A DNA stretch of 64,000 nucleotides from assembly GCF_006345805.1 (NCBI RefSeq), contig NC_043004.1, positions 57,102,001 through 57,166,000 on the forward strand, written 5' to 3'. Both the position numbers and the translations under genes were made by a program. Below the pieces are notes generated by a model, which was not told where the DNA came from, did no database searches, and saw nothing but the letters and a program-made list of their open reading frames with translations. This DNA comes from Octopus sinensis. Taxonomy: Eukaryota. Of the stretch, positions 13,001 to 27,034 are shown one piece after another (the first letter of the stretch is position 1; each line of letters starts with the position of its first letter).

Positions 13001-14490
13001 TTAACCTAACTAGCTGACTGCATATTGCATATAGGATTCCAAGGAAAGGAACAGCTGGCATGAGATATTATCATATCAGTACAATTTCTTTCATGGTCCA
13101 TTGTTTTAACATTCATGTTAGAGAAGAGTGCTAGAGGAGAATTGTGAGAGTGACTGAGAAATGCATCAAGTTAAACTACGTTCCATTATATTCTGAGCTC
13201 GAATTCGAGTGTGTAAAATGGGACTTTCGTCCCCCTAGTGTCTATAAAATAATCAACAGACGAATAGTGAGAATTGATTTAATCGATTGTATTTCCACAG
13301 GAAACAGATGGAAGTGTACCCGTCTTAGGAAAATATATATCCTTTCAGTCCGAGCATTTGTTTAGCTTTATGTGCACAATTTTGAAACATAGAACTACCG
13401 ATGTGTATTGTGATTATATCTCGATAAAGGTGTAACATCCTTTCAATAAACTTTGATCGATCTGTGGTTTTCATGTATCTGCTTACTATTCTGTCCCTTG
13501 TCTCTGTCTATATCCCTCTCTCTCTCTTTCTCCTTTTATGTACGTGTGTGTGTTTGTGTGTGTCTTCTAAACCTTTTACGTTCCATCTATATACGCATTG
13601 AATAATATTACTACCACACGTTTATTCATCTAAGTTCCTAACTACACACACTCATGCACATACGCGCTCATATACACCCATCTCTCCACCCAGTTAACTA
13701 TGTACTTATTTCTGTACCTACCTAAACTTCGTTAATTCCTTCCTTTTTTTAATTCTCTCAATAAACCTGTAATAAATATACATAACTGTATGTAACACCT
13801 CTACCTGGTCGTAATTGACCTGTTTTCAACATTGATATATAAATTTTAATTTCTATTGCTAGAATGCTGTAGGGTAATCTATTGGTATATAATCATCGTC
13901 ATAACCCAAATTACATAGCAACAAATACATAATAACAGCCCACAGTGTTATAAATCATATATTTATCTTTTCCGGTGATTACAGACGTGATTTTATTGAT
14001 ATTAATTGCGAATATAATATAGCGGTAGTAATTGCTCAACAAGCAGTAAACTTGGCTTATATCACAGATAATTTCAGAAAGATATTTTAAAATTGAGTAT
14101 CAATATAAAATCCGCAGTATAACTGTCAAACTACTTTTGAAATTTAACGGCTTAAATAGGCCTTATATATTTAGACGACATTAAAGACAGTTTAACATAC
14201 GAATTTGTTTTCTCTGGTTAGTGTAAGCTCGAAGGAGGCGACCTCGCAGAATCGTTACCGTGCTGAAAGAAAAAATAACTTATCGGTATTTCATTGGACT
14301 TTACCTTCTGGGTTCAAAATTCTCCAAGTCGATATTAATCTATTTGTCTCGAGAAATTTCGAGACTTGGAGATAAGGTAAAATGAATTATTAGAGTACGA
14401 TCATACAACTAAACTAAAGGCTGAATTATACACCTGATAAAATATACGTAAGGAATCTTAGCCAACAATAGAATAACCATATATTGTTAT

Positions 14491-14615
14491 AGGCGCAGGA
14501 ATGTCTGTGGTTCCGGTTCAGTCTCACTGCACGGCACTTTACGCAAGTGTCTTCTACTATAGCCTCGAGCTAACCAAAGCCTTGTGAGTGCATTTGGTAG
14601 ACGGAAGACCGTCGA

Positions 14616-14652
<37 letters not shown>

Positions 14653-14857
14653 TACGGGGTGTCTATATTGTCCTACCATTCACCGCTTCACAGCCAGAGT
14701 TAGTGTGCTTGGCTCCCGTACCATAGCGGTTCGGCAAAAGTGATCAATAGAATAAGTATCACGTTTAAAATAGAGAAGTACTAGGGTAGATTTATTCGAC
14801 TAAAATTCACCAATTCTCCGGTATGAATGCAGTCTAATGACTGAAACAAATTAGAAA
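14491..14857 (+). mobile_element. SINE family A, diverged copy
   Basis: Same head and tail motifs, with many substitutions and a deletion in the head. Confidence 0.8.
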
Positions 14858-15331
14858 AGAAAATATCATGCAAGTTATTGTGTAATACATTCTCCGGAAA
14901 ATTTGTAAAGGTTTTACGATAAGTATTAATAGTAGACATGAAAATAGGATAGTTAACCTAACGTGTATGAATGTATCAATTTTAGGATTATGTTGATACA
15001 GCCTGAACATTACAATTACGGACGTTAGGTCATCAAGCTAAACGTATAACTAAAAGTACTTCATGGCGAGCAATTCGATCTGTAATGTTTGATCTATATT
15101 TATAATTAGGTCCTCTATTTGAACAGATAAATGATTTATCTCTGAATTTAATTTACCCAAGGGGAGACAGAGAAAGCAATGTATCCATCACTTCTGCAAA
15201 TGTTTACTGTATGTGCAGCATTGGGAAAACTAAAAACCTATTAACCTCATTAAATCTACTAAATTCGATTGATGAAACTTGAGAGAATGCACGAACATTT
15301 TGGGTGTATGCTATTACTATTACTGCACTAC

Positions 15332-15374
<43 letters not shown>

Positions 15375-15378
15375 TACT

Positions 15379-17045
15379 AAGACGGTGGGATGGCAGAATC
15401 GTTCGCCCGCTGGACGAAATGTTTAGCAATATTTCGCCAGTCGCTACATGCTGAGTTCAAATTCCGCCGAGGTCGACTTTGCCTTTCATCGTTTCGGAGT
15501 CGATAGATTAAGTACCAGTGTATCACTGGGGTCGATGTAATTGTCTTAGTCCCCATACTGTCCCAAAATTTCAGGCCTTGTGCCTAGAGTGGAAAGGATT
15601 ATTAAAGCGGCGAGCTGGCAGAAACGTTAGCACACCGGGCGAAATGCTTAGCGTTATTTCGTTCTGAGTTCAAATTCCGCCGAGGTCGACTTTGCCTTTC
15701 ATCCTTTCAGGGTCGATTAAATAAGTACCAGTTACGCCCTGGGGTCGATATAATCGACTTAATTCGTTTTTCTGTCCTTGTTTGTCCTCTCTGTGTTTAG
15801 TCCCTTGTGTGCAGTAAAGAAATAGGTATTTCATCTGTCACTACGTTCTGGGTTCAAATTCCGCCGGGGTTGCCCTTGCTTTTAATGCTTTCGGGGTTGA
15901 TAAATTAAGTACTAAAATTAAGTCCCCTCCTCCAAAATTTTAAGTCTGGTGCCTATAGTAGAAAGGATTATTATTAGTATTACTAAGGCGGCGAACTGGC
16001 AGAATCGTTAGCACGCTGGGCGAAATACTGAGCAGTATTTCGCATGCTGCTACGTTCTAAGTTCAAATTCCGCCGCTCTCGACTTTGCCTTTCATCCATT
16101 CGAGGTTGATAAATTAAGTGTCAGTCAAGTACTGGGGTCGATATAATCGACTATGCCTCTATTCCAAAATTGCTTCCATTGTGGCAAAATTTGAAACCAT
16201 TATTATAATTGCTATTACTAAGGTGGCGAGCTGGTAGAATATATATCACCCTGGGCGAAATGCTGAGGGGTACTTCATCTGCCGCTACGTTTTGAGTTCA
16301 AATCCGCCGTGGTCGACTTTGCTTTTCATCGTTTTGGGTTCGATACATTAAGTACCAGTTGCGTACCGGGATCGATCTGATCGATTGGCCTTCTCCCCCA
16401 AAATGTACGACATTGTGCTTAGAGAAGAACAAATTGTCAATATTATTATTACCACTAAGGCGTTGACCTGGCAGAATCGTTAGCACGCCGGGCAAAATCC
16501 TTAGTTCTGAGTTCTAATTTTCCCGAAGTTGACTTTGCTTTTCATCATTTTCGGGTCGATAAAATAAGTAACGTCTGAGTACTAGGATCAATGTGATCCA
16601 CTAGAGCTTACCTTCAAAATTTCAGTTCTTGTGCCTATGGTAGAAAGGATTAAGTCAATGAACTGACAGTATCATCAAGGCACAGGACAAAACTTTCAGC
16701 GGCGTTTCTTCATGCTTTATATGCTGGATTGAAATTCCACTGAAGTTACTTTGCCTTTATTCATTTTGGATTCGATGAAATAAGTACCAGATTGACAGCT
16801 GGATCCATGTAATCCACTAGCAACTCACTCATATTTCGCGTCACGTGCATATAAGAAAGAATTATACTTATTATTGTTCATAAGAATAAAGGTTTCGGAA
16901 TCGTTAGCACACCGAAAAAATGCTTAGCGACATTTGTTTCGTCTTTGTTACTGCACTCAAATGCAACCGAGATCGATTTTACCTTTCATAATTTCCAGGT
17001 CGATAAAATAAAGTACTTGCCTGATACCGGGGATGATGCCATCTC
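15379..17045 (+). mobile_element. Tandem array of about 8 SINE family B copies joined by (ATT)n tails
   Basis: Unit starts near 15379, 15606, 15830 (5'-truncated), 15986, 16221, 16458, 16655 and 16890. Each carries the TTCAAATTCCGCCGAGGTCGACTTTGCCTTTCATC motif or a decayed form of it. Confidence 0.85.
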
Positions 17046-17133
17046 GTCGCCTTTATCGAACTAATAATAATCTTTACTACTACGGGTACAAGGCATGAAA
17101 TTGGTGGGGAGTCAGTCGATATATATATATATA

Positions 17134-17525
17134 TACTAGCAGTATCGCCCGGCGTTGCTCGGGTTTGTAAGGGAAATAACTACAAAGCATTTTTAGAGAG
17201 TTATACCAAAAAAATAGCAAAAAATGCATTAAAAATGGAAAAAATTATGGTAATTTTTTTTAAATCGTTGACTCATCGTAGATATTTTTAGAGAGTTACT
17301 TCCCTTTATTTAAAAGTATATGCATTAAAATGGAAAAAAATGATGGTAAATTATTTTAAAAATCGTAGACTCATCGTAGACGCGCGCTAATACCCAGAAG
17401 GGCTTGATATGAATCACGACTATAAGATACCCGGTTTTGGTTAAACCGCACCGCAAAATGTGGGAGTAGTTAGGAATCTAAATCGGAGTAGACAGACATA
17501 CAACCTTTCTTTTATATATAAAGAT
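17134..17525 (+). mobile_element. Helentron/DINE-1-like non-autonomous element
   Basis: Starts TACTAGCAGTATCGCCCGGCGTTGCTCGGG (subterminal hairpin), has an internal ~95-bp tandem duplication, and ends GACAGAC...TTTATATATAAAGAT. Confidence 0.65.
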
Positions 17526-19049
17526 ATATATATATATATATATATACATATATATATACACACACACGTGTATATATGTCGCTGCACGAAACAATCAACT
17601 ATAAATAGACATTGCTTAGAATGGTTCGTTTTACTCGGTATATTTAATAGGTATGTCTCTATATAATGTCTGTATATAACAGATATATTGCCTTATGGAA
17701 CCAATAATAATAACACACAATTCAGCGCGGCCGTTCAAATTTCTCCAGGGCAACTGTACAGAAAGCGGATTGTAGCGACATTGATAATGGCGTTGCAACA
17801 CAGCCACAGCTCATAAACTGATAGTACTACACACGTCAATGAAAGTGCAAACATAAATTACGTACTCCGTCTTATATATGAGAGTATATTGGGCAATTTT
17901 GTGCCTTTGTTCAATAAATCATGGCTGAAAATATGTGTGGGCGTACATCTGAGTGTCTCAGAAATATGATGCAGATATATAGAAGTTATGTTCGTTATAA
18001 AATAACACTCACACACACATTCGTACACACACATATGTATGTATGTATGAATGAATGATTGTATGTCTACTTGCGCATCCATTAGCTAAAAAGAATCCAA
18101 TTGTTTGATAATGTGGAAGAATCTTAATACATCTATTTTCCTGACTGAAAATGTCGTTATACAGAAGTCTCTTATTACATAATATAAGAATAAAACTTAT
18201 TTCTCTCAGCAAATTTCTCTTTGTGCATGTCTGTGAGTAGACGCATTTAGAGAATAACAAAGCGAGAGAAATAAAATGTGTCATTAATATCAAAGCCTGA
18301 AGGGAACAGTTAATGACATGTTCGACATCATCAAACTAAATCTTGTTAATCATGTTCACTAAAGATACGAAGGAGATAATAAAGCTAGTTACGTAAACCG
18401 AATGTACGATTCTCCATTATACTCTCTATTATCTTTTTTCTGTTATCTCATAGCTTTATCCCTTTCACTCACTCTTTCTTCTCTCTCTCTATGTCGCCCC
18501 TCTGTTTTCCCCTGTCTGTCCACTCTTTCTTCTCTCCTATCCTTCTCCCATTAACGTATTCTGTCTTGTTTAATTGCTTTCCCCAAGATATAGATGTTCC
18601 CCTCGTAGCTTTGGATATTATTGTAAGGCGATGATTATGACGCCGGAAATATGGCAGAATGGGGATCAACATCACAATAAACATGCTCATCTTCAGTATA
18701 TTAACAGGTTTGGCTTCATTTACTGATTTGTTTTAAAATTTTTGATGGAGCTAACCTAGCAATATTGATAATTATACACAGTATTATAGTATACAATACG
18801 ATTCAGAAGGGAATGCTACTCAAAATCATTAAGGGAAAACAGAACACGAAATATGTTTGTAAATGTAGTTGTGAGTTTGGAAGTAAGTGTAATAAACAAC
18901 AATACTGCAATTTTAACTGTTATGCCAGAATGCATGAAACATTACGGTGACTTCTGTAATACGAACAATATTGACACAAAGGGCGATGGTGTTTAGAGAC
19001 AGATAACAAGCATCTATAGTTATAGTCTTATAGACCATCCAGCCATTCA

Positions 19050-19546
19050 TCCATATATATATATGTATATATGTATATATATATACATATGTATATATAT
19101 ATATATACAATATATATATGTATATATATATATTACATATATATTATATATAATGTATATATGTATATATATATATATATACATATATAGACTATATATA
19201 TGTATATATGTATATATATATAATACATATATATTATATATATACATATATATATATATGTATATAATATGTATATATATATGTTATATATATATATATA
19301 TATGTATATCTATATGTTTATATATGTATATATAATATGTATATATATATTACTATTGTCTATAATCTATATGTATATATATCTAGTATATATATATGTA
19401 TATATATGTAAATATATGTATATCTATTTAGATATATATATGTATATATATATCGTATATATATGTATTATATATGTATATATCTATCATCTATATATAT
19501 GTCTATATAATATATATGTCTATGTATATATACGTATATATATATG

Positions 19547-19578
<32 letters not shown>

Positions 19579-19862
19579 TATATTGTATATATATATATAT
19601 GTATATATTGTATATATATATATGTCTAGTATATATATATGTATATATATATATATGTATATAACTATATATGTATATATATATATATATGTATATATAT
19701 ATCTATATGTATATATATATGTATATATATATGTATATATATATGTATACTATATATATATGTATATATATATGTATATATATATGTATATATATATATA
19801 TGTGTATATATATATAGTATATATATATATATATATGTATATAATATATGTATATATATATG

Positions 19863-19949
<87 letters not shown>
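19050..19949. repeat. Long imperfect (AT)n/(ATATGT)n array
   Basis: Seen directly; it generates the Y/I/M-rich ORFs. Confidence 0.95.
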
Positions 19950-20490
19950 GATTGATTGATGATGATTCTAGTTTCAGCTTATGAGCTGTGGCCATGCTGG
20001 GGCACCGCCATTGGTGTTGCTACTTGGTTTCACTTCATGGAGGCTTTCTAGCAAACTGCATTTGGTGCATGAGAGAGTTCGATGCAGCTGCCCTCATCGC
20101 CCCTCCTGACGTGAAGTTGGTTCATCTGGGACACCTGACAGGAAGAGATCCAGCTCCATTTTAAAGACATCTGTATCCACCCCATGCAGGTCTCTCAGGT
20201 TCTTCGGGAGGATATTGAAGAGCTGTGGGCCTCGGAAGCCCAGGCTATCACAGAATCTTGTCCTACATCTTGATGGCAAGTTTGGAGTCCTAGGCACCAC
20301 GCAGTGGCGCCCAGTTCTGGCATTTGCGTAACTCTCGATGCCAAAGTTCAGGACACTTCCCTCCAGGATCTTCCAGATGTATATTATGGCATATCTTTCC
20401 CGCCTACGCTCCAGGGAATATAATTTTAATCTCTTGAGTCTTTCCCAGTAGCTTACATTCTGCTAGAGGCTATCTGCATAGAGGCTATCT
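19950..20490 (-). mobile_element. CR1-type LINE 3' end (ORF2 C-terminus, 3' UTR, (ATC)n tail)
   Basis: Minus translation [32 protein letters not shown]...GPQLFNILPKNLRDL...FKMELDLFLSGVPDEP is a typical CR1-clade ORF2 C-terminus. There is an 11-bp duplication (GATAGCCTCTA) at the 5' junction. Confidence 0.88.
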
Positions 20491-20507
20491 TATATATATA
20501 CATATAT

Positions 20508-20545
<38 letters not shown>

Positions 20546-20619
20546 CATATATATACTATATATACATATATATATATATATATATACATACATATATATA
20601 CACATATATATATATATCA

Positions 20620-20658
<39 letters not shown>

Positions 20659-21032
20659 ACATATATATATATACATATATATATATATACATATATATAT
20701 ACATATATATAATAACATATATATATACATATATATATATCATCTATATATATCTACATATATATATATATACATATATATATACATATATATATTATCT
20801 ATATACATATATATATATATATATTATACATATATATATACATATATATAATACATATATATATAACATATATATATACATATATATATATACATATATA
20901 TACATATATATACATATATATATATACATATGTATATATATATATATATAGGTACATATATATATATACATATCTATATATATATATGTACATATATATA
21001 TATACATATATATATATATGTATATATATATG

Positions 21033-21067
<35 letters not shown>

Positions 21068-21411
21068 GGTCTATATATATAATATATGTATATATAATAT
21101 ATATATGTATTATATATAGTATGTTATATATATATATAGTATATATATATAGTATAATATATATATATATATATGTATATATATATGTTAATATATGTAT
21201 ATATATATAGTATATATTATTAGATATATATAATATATATATATGTATATATATATATTAATATATATATATAGATATGTATATATATATAATGTATATA
21301 TATATATATATATATATATTCATTCTCTTTCAATTTACGGATTTTTTCTCTACGAGGTTTTTCACGCTGACTACTGATAATTTCTTTTAAAGATTTTATC
21401 CTCAATTGTTA

Positions 21412-21462
<51 letters not shown>

Positions 21463-21728
21463 GTATATATATAGTATATATATATGTATATATTATATGT
21501 ATATATATATATATGTATATATATGTATATATATATATATATGTATATATATAGTATATATGATATATATATATGTATAGTATATAATGTATATATATAT
21601 ATGTATATATATATATGTATATGTATATATATATGTATATAGATATATATGTATATAGTAATATATATGTATATATATATGTATATATATATGTATATAT
21701 ATAGATATATGTCTATATATATATGTAT

Positions 21729-21759
<31 letters not shown>

Positions 21760-22213
21760 GTATATATGTATATAATATATGTATATATATATAATGTATA
21801 TATGTTATATATGTATATATGTATATGTATATATGTATATATATATATATATGTATATATATATGTATATATGTATATATTTAATATATATGTATATATA
21901 TATGTATATATAATATTATGTATATATATATGTATATATAATATATAAGTATATATATATATATATATATATATAATGTATATATAATATATATGTATAT
22001 ATAATATATATGTATATATATTATATTGTATAAATAATTTCAACAATTGAGGGTAAAATAATTAATTAATCAATTTCACCAAGTATTCAGTATGCAAAGG
22101 GACCATTTAAGGCGAATTCAAATTATTACATTATATGTATAATTATATGTATATGTATAATATATATATATATATTATATATGTATGATATATAATATAT
22201 ATATATATGTATA

Positions 22214-22244
<31 letters not shown>

Positions 22245-22474
22245 ATATGTATATATATATGTATATATATATGTACATATTGTATATATATATGTATAAT
22301 ATATGTACATATTTGTATATATATATGTACATATATGTATATATATTTGTATATATATATGTACATATATGTATATATATATGTATATATATATATATGC
22401 CAATATATATACCTATATATATGTGCGTGTGTGTATGTGTGTATGCACATAGACACACATAGACACCCATCCAC

Positions 22475-22506
<32 letters not shown>

Positions 22507-22538
22507 ATGCACATAGACACACATACACACCCACCCAC

Positions 22539-22572
<34 letters not shown>

Positions 22573-22640
22573 ATGCACATAGACACACATACACACCCAC
22601 CCACATATATATATATATATGTGTGTGTGTTGGTGTATGA
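20491..22640. repeat. Compound (AT)n arrays with short embedded unique modules and a ~60-bp (GT/CA/AT) minisatellite at 22410-22640
   Basis: Seen directly. The module AACAATTGAGGGTAAAA...GGGACCATT...GGCGAATTCAAA (22035-22135) recurs at 61243-61335. Confidence 0.9.
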
Positions 22641-22759
22641 ACAAAACATTTAAACACTAAGGTTTGTCATTATTGTTAATATCTGTGGACAAATTTTAAA
22701 ATTCATGGTGTCAAGAATAGTAACATAGCTAAGAGTTATTAGTAATATATTATAACTCT

Positions 22760-23480
22760 TGGAAGATACTTTATAAGCTCTATGTTAATGCTCAGGGTAA
22801 TAATATTGTATGTATAATTAGTGAGTCACATACTGAATTTGAGTGTGACGAAAGGACCTGAAGCATGAGATCTTCACTGATGTACATGCAACTCTGGCAA
22901 GACACCTCTGTTTTCTGTCGCTTCTTAATGCGACATACTTTAGCATGTGTATATCAGCATCTGAAATGTCGGGATTTAGGTGCGTTTCAGTGAGTGCTAA
23001 GCATATGGCTTCATTGCAAATCACTAGGTCTCTCACGAAATTAATTTTATTTCTGTTACTGAGTTGTAACTGTTCTCTTAATTTTATAAAGTATACTGGC
23101 GTAAACTCTGTGCTGATGCAAATGGCGACCAACCTGGACCCATCGGCTGTGGCGTCTTGCGTGTTGGGAGGGATGGCTACAAGTTGAGGATTAGGGTTAG
23201 GGTTAGTTGTTGCACAATCTTATGAGCCATGCATAGAACAGATTTTTGCCCATTTGCATCCCTTTTGACAGATTCTAGGGAGAATTTTTGTTTTGGAGGT
23301 AATGCGCACTACATCGTCCTTTTTGGGAACCTGTGCAAAGATGGTGACAAGTCTGTTAATGTGAGGTTTGATGAGATCATATGATCGGATGAACTCTTGT
23401 TTTTCTCTGGTCTATCTGAGCAATGGCCCTTATGTAGACATTGCACTTTAGCGCAGCCGTTATAATATTATTTTGATAGT
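22760..23480 (-). pseudogene. LINE fragment: APE endonuclease N-terminus plus Cys/His-rich ORF1 remnant
   Basis: NKINFVRDLVICNEAICLALTETHLNPDISDADIH...ALRSDRKQR matches the APE motifs (LTETHL; GY-RxDR). Upstream is frameshifted Cys/His-rich sequence. Confidence 0.8.
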
Positions 23481-24839
23481 CTCCTTCCGCTATTTGCCAC
23501 CTTCTCAATAAGTGTTTCAATTCTTCACTGATACAATTTCGAGACATTTTTAGTCTACTGTTTCTTCCTGTATAGGTTTAGAGAAGGACAGATAAGGAGT
23601 GATTGGGAGACAAGAAGAACGAGAGGACTAAGTTGTATTGATCTATACGTGCACAGATGGAAGAGACAGTAGTATATATTTAGAAAGAGATTGAAACAAG
23701 GAGAGATGGGGAGAGAAGAAGGAAGAGAGGTGTAAGTTGCATTGATCTAAGCGTGGAAAGATAGGAGAGGTATTTTTCGGGATGAGTATATAACTATAAT
23801 CGTTCAATAGGCATATTCCCATATACACACATATTCAATAGATAGATAGATATACAGGGAGAGAGAGAGAGAGAGAGATCTATGCGTGTGCAGATGGAAG
23901 AGGTATTTGTTGGGATAGGAAAGTTTTATGTGTTTTTGAGTATATAGCTATAATACTTTTATAGCCATACTTCCGCATACGCACATGCTCGATAGATATA
24001 GAGGGAGAAAGAGAGACATAACATGGGTGTTTGCACCCATGTTAGAGAGAGAGCGAGAGAGATTTTGTACGTGTATGTATGTGTTCGAGCTAGACAGAGA
24101 GAGAGCGATATAGTGGAGCAATAAATGGAGAGGAATGGAAAAATTAATCAATCGATCGAAGGGTATAATCAACTGATCAATCGAAGAGTATAAAAGTGAA
24201 CACTTATGTTTTGGGATTGTGAGTGAAAAGAAACTACTTCTCTTCGTAAAATTTAAGTAGATTGAAAAATTAATTCAACGCGCGCAGTCTAAAATTATTT
24301 ATATATAAAGGTACGTGTAGTTAAATAATTAATTAATTAAAGAATTAATCAAGCACCAAACTACTGTTTTCCTGGAAATCTACAGGCCCCTTTCTGTTTA
24401 TATATAAAGAAAATAGGGATAGTAATAAATAAACCCACAACTTGTAAACAAATGCATTCTTACTTCAAAATTGTTGATTTTCGATTAAACCAAAAGTGCA
24501 ACAATTGTATACATATGTATTTATTTGTTTGACTTCTATTCTAACGGAATCTAATTTTTTTTACTAAGTGGGAAATTTCGACCTTTGGTTTGATTTTCTA
24601 AGGAGGTAAAATTCCACATGTGGTAATATACCACTTCTTATGTAAACAAAGAGAAAACTTCGTAATTTTCACACTTTCCCCGAAAAATTTCCTTCTGTGT
24701 AGCGATTTAGTGTTTTAGTACTATCTGAGAATGGAATAGAGATTGGTTACTACGAAAGATTAACAACTTACTACGCAAGTGTCTTCCAGATTTCAAGCAC
24801 GAAGAGAAACACGTGCGGTCAACGAGTTGCCATCTTGGC

Positions 24840-24957
<118 letters not shown>

Positions 24958-24966
24958 ATATATATA

Positions 24967-25019
<53 letters not shown>

Positions 25020-25021
<2 letters not shown>

Positions 25022-25380
25022 ATACTAAGTGGGACAAGAACGCAAAACATCCAAATAGACGATACAAAAAAACACGGACGGGTCATTAGAAGCCTTTAAT
25101 CTTCAGTCAAGAACCGGATCATCCTCGCAATTTCGGCTGATTAATCTAGAGACTGCTCTAATCTGGCCAGCCCCAAGGAAAAGCTAAGCTAAGAGCATTA
25201 GATTCCTTGGAGAAAGGATCGAATGTGTACGAAACAAGGAACAAGGACAGAAAAACGGACGATGTTACACGAATATAAATACAAAAAAATAATACGAATA
25301 TAAAAAAAAAATAATAATAATAATACCAGGACATAACAACAGGCGTCTTTCGACTGGAAACGAATTGAATTCAGCTGGCG
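25020..25380. mobile_element. Dispersed repeat (GGGACAAGAACGCAAAACATCC family), possibly Penelope-derived
   Basis: A homologous copy lies at 63475-63760. The Penelope assignment is inference. Confidence 0.6.
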
Positions 25381-25416
<36 letters not shown>

Positions 25417-25689
25417 TATATATATTGACATATGTTTACATACATACACATATGCATATATACATATGATGGCTGCCCCCTCTTTATCGAGTATGGTTAT
25501 TGCACGAAGCTTAACTGTTATTGGTGCTGTGATTGAATGTGACTTTTATTTGCTTTCTAAGGTTACAGCCAGCCATTCATTTCAGAATCACAGCACCATC
25601 AACACTCATGAACAATGTTGTTGTCGTGCAATGCCTGTGCAAGAAGATTTTTTTAAAGTGAGGAAAGTCTGTGCACTGAGTCAATCCCA

Positions 25690-26020
25690 TCACTAAGCAA
25701 CAGCAGCCATAATCCGAAAAGAAGAACAAGTCAACATCATCGGTAACCACTGAGCCGCAGGTTTTATGTCGGAGTTATCCCAGTTACCTGAGTTACCTTT
25801 TCCTAGAAAGACGCCCTAACAAAGGCTAGGACTCCTTCACTCCCAATGGTTTAACCGCGTGATCAGGTGTTCAGTCCGATTATTTCTATGTCCCCGCGCA
25901 TGATACAGCCTTAAGCCTTAAGAGAAAGAAAAAATATACCCATTTATCTGATGGCCGTTGGCTCTCAAGAGTTCCTCCGCCCTTTGACGGGTTTTGTTTT
26001 TCATCCCGCAGGGTGTCCAA
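25690..26020. mobile_element. Probable retroelement-derived repeat fragment
   Basis: GC-richer block (GTTACCTGAGTTACCTTTTCCTAG...CCGCCCTTTGACGGG) between microsatellites, with no clear ORF. Family not identified. Confidence 0.35.
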
Positions 26021-26399
26021 TAATATATATATATATATATTGCGATGAGAATTAAGACGAGCCCTTGCGAGAAATAGAGTGGACCGCGCGATTATAATTA
26101 GTAGCGTTCGGAGTGAAGTCGGAAGGTGTCGCTTGGTTAGTTAGTTTTGAATATTGATTGCTGGTTCGTGAAGAGTATCTTGGATAGTTACGTCGTTATT
26201 ATGGCTGCATCGTTATTTCTGTTTACGGAGGATAAAACATTTGGCGACGAGGGTTTCGAAGCTCACGTAGGTCATTCAACAATTTCTTCGTGGGACAAAT
26301 TGTTAAATGATTTGAATAAATATTGGCTTCTATAATAAAGTTGCAACTAAAAAAACAACGCATGGTGACTTTATTACGGATGCAGGAACATTCAACACA

Positions 26400-26780
26400 A
26401 TGTGTGAAAGTTTTAGAACTAAAGAACTTACTCCTGAGATGGCTAAGTGCCTCATTTTCGTACAAGGCTTTACAGCAAATGAAGATACGAAATTACAGGC
26501 AAGAATTCTTTCAAAACATGAACAAGCGAACCATGATTTAACCCTGGAGACTATTGCAGAAGAGTCTGAAAGGATGATGAACCTGAAACACGACGTATGA
26601 AAAATTCAAGAAAAGAATTTCGCAAAAATAACATGTCGACCGAAAAATTGTAACCAACGAAGATTGATAGGTCCTAATCCATGTAACAGATGTGAAGTCC
26701 TACATTTAGGAAAATATTATCCTTTTAAAAACCAAAAATCTTACAATTGTCAAACATTTGAACACAAGAGTTCACAATGC
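26400..26780 (+). pseudogene. gag: Gypsy gag C-terminal region and decayed zinc knuckle
   Basis: MAKCLIFVQGFTANEDTKLQARILSKHEQANHDLTLETIAEESERMMNLKHD, followed by a degenerate CxxC...PFKN..C..HK..C. Confidence 0.75.
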
Positions 26781-26848
26781 TGAATAAAAAAAATGTACGA
26801 AGGGAAATGTAAAAAAGTCTACATTGCTCTCAGCAGAAATTAAATCCG

Positions 26849-27000
26849 ATGATAAATAAGGAAATTTGTAATGGTGTAAATATCAAATTACAATTGGATA
26901 CTGGTAGTGATATTTCAATCAAGAACACCGACACGTGGAAGAAAATAGGGAAACCTATGTTAAGAAAAACAGTGAAAGGTGCACGTGGTGTGATGGGTGA
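26849..27000 (+). pseudogene. pol: Retroviral-type aspartic protease remnant
   Basis: NGVNIKLQLDTGSDISI...TWKKIGKP, containing the DTGS catalytic motif. Confidence 0.85.
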
Positions 27001-27034
27001 TAAACATAGTGTGACGGTTGAAATCCCAATGTAG

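Noticed and set aside
15379-17045. Repeat-spacer-like periodicity resembling CRISPR
   Set aside because: The units are ~200-240-bp SINE copies in a eukaryotic context, with no cas genes.
18646-18712. Signal-peptide-like MGINITINMLIFSILT ending at AG|GTTTGG
   Set aside because: The donor is weak and there is no convincing downstream exon.
19047-22657. Many long Y/I/M/C-rich ORFs (also at 24.7-25.1, 57.9-58.7 and 59.2-61.3 kb)
   Set aside because: They are translations of (AT)n microsatellites, not genes.
23190-23208. (TTAGGG)2-3 telomere-like repeat
   Set aside because: Too short and embedded in a LINE remnant.
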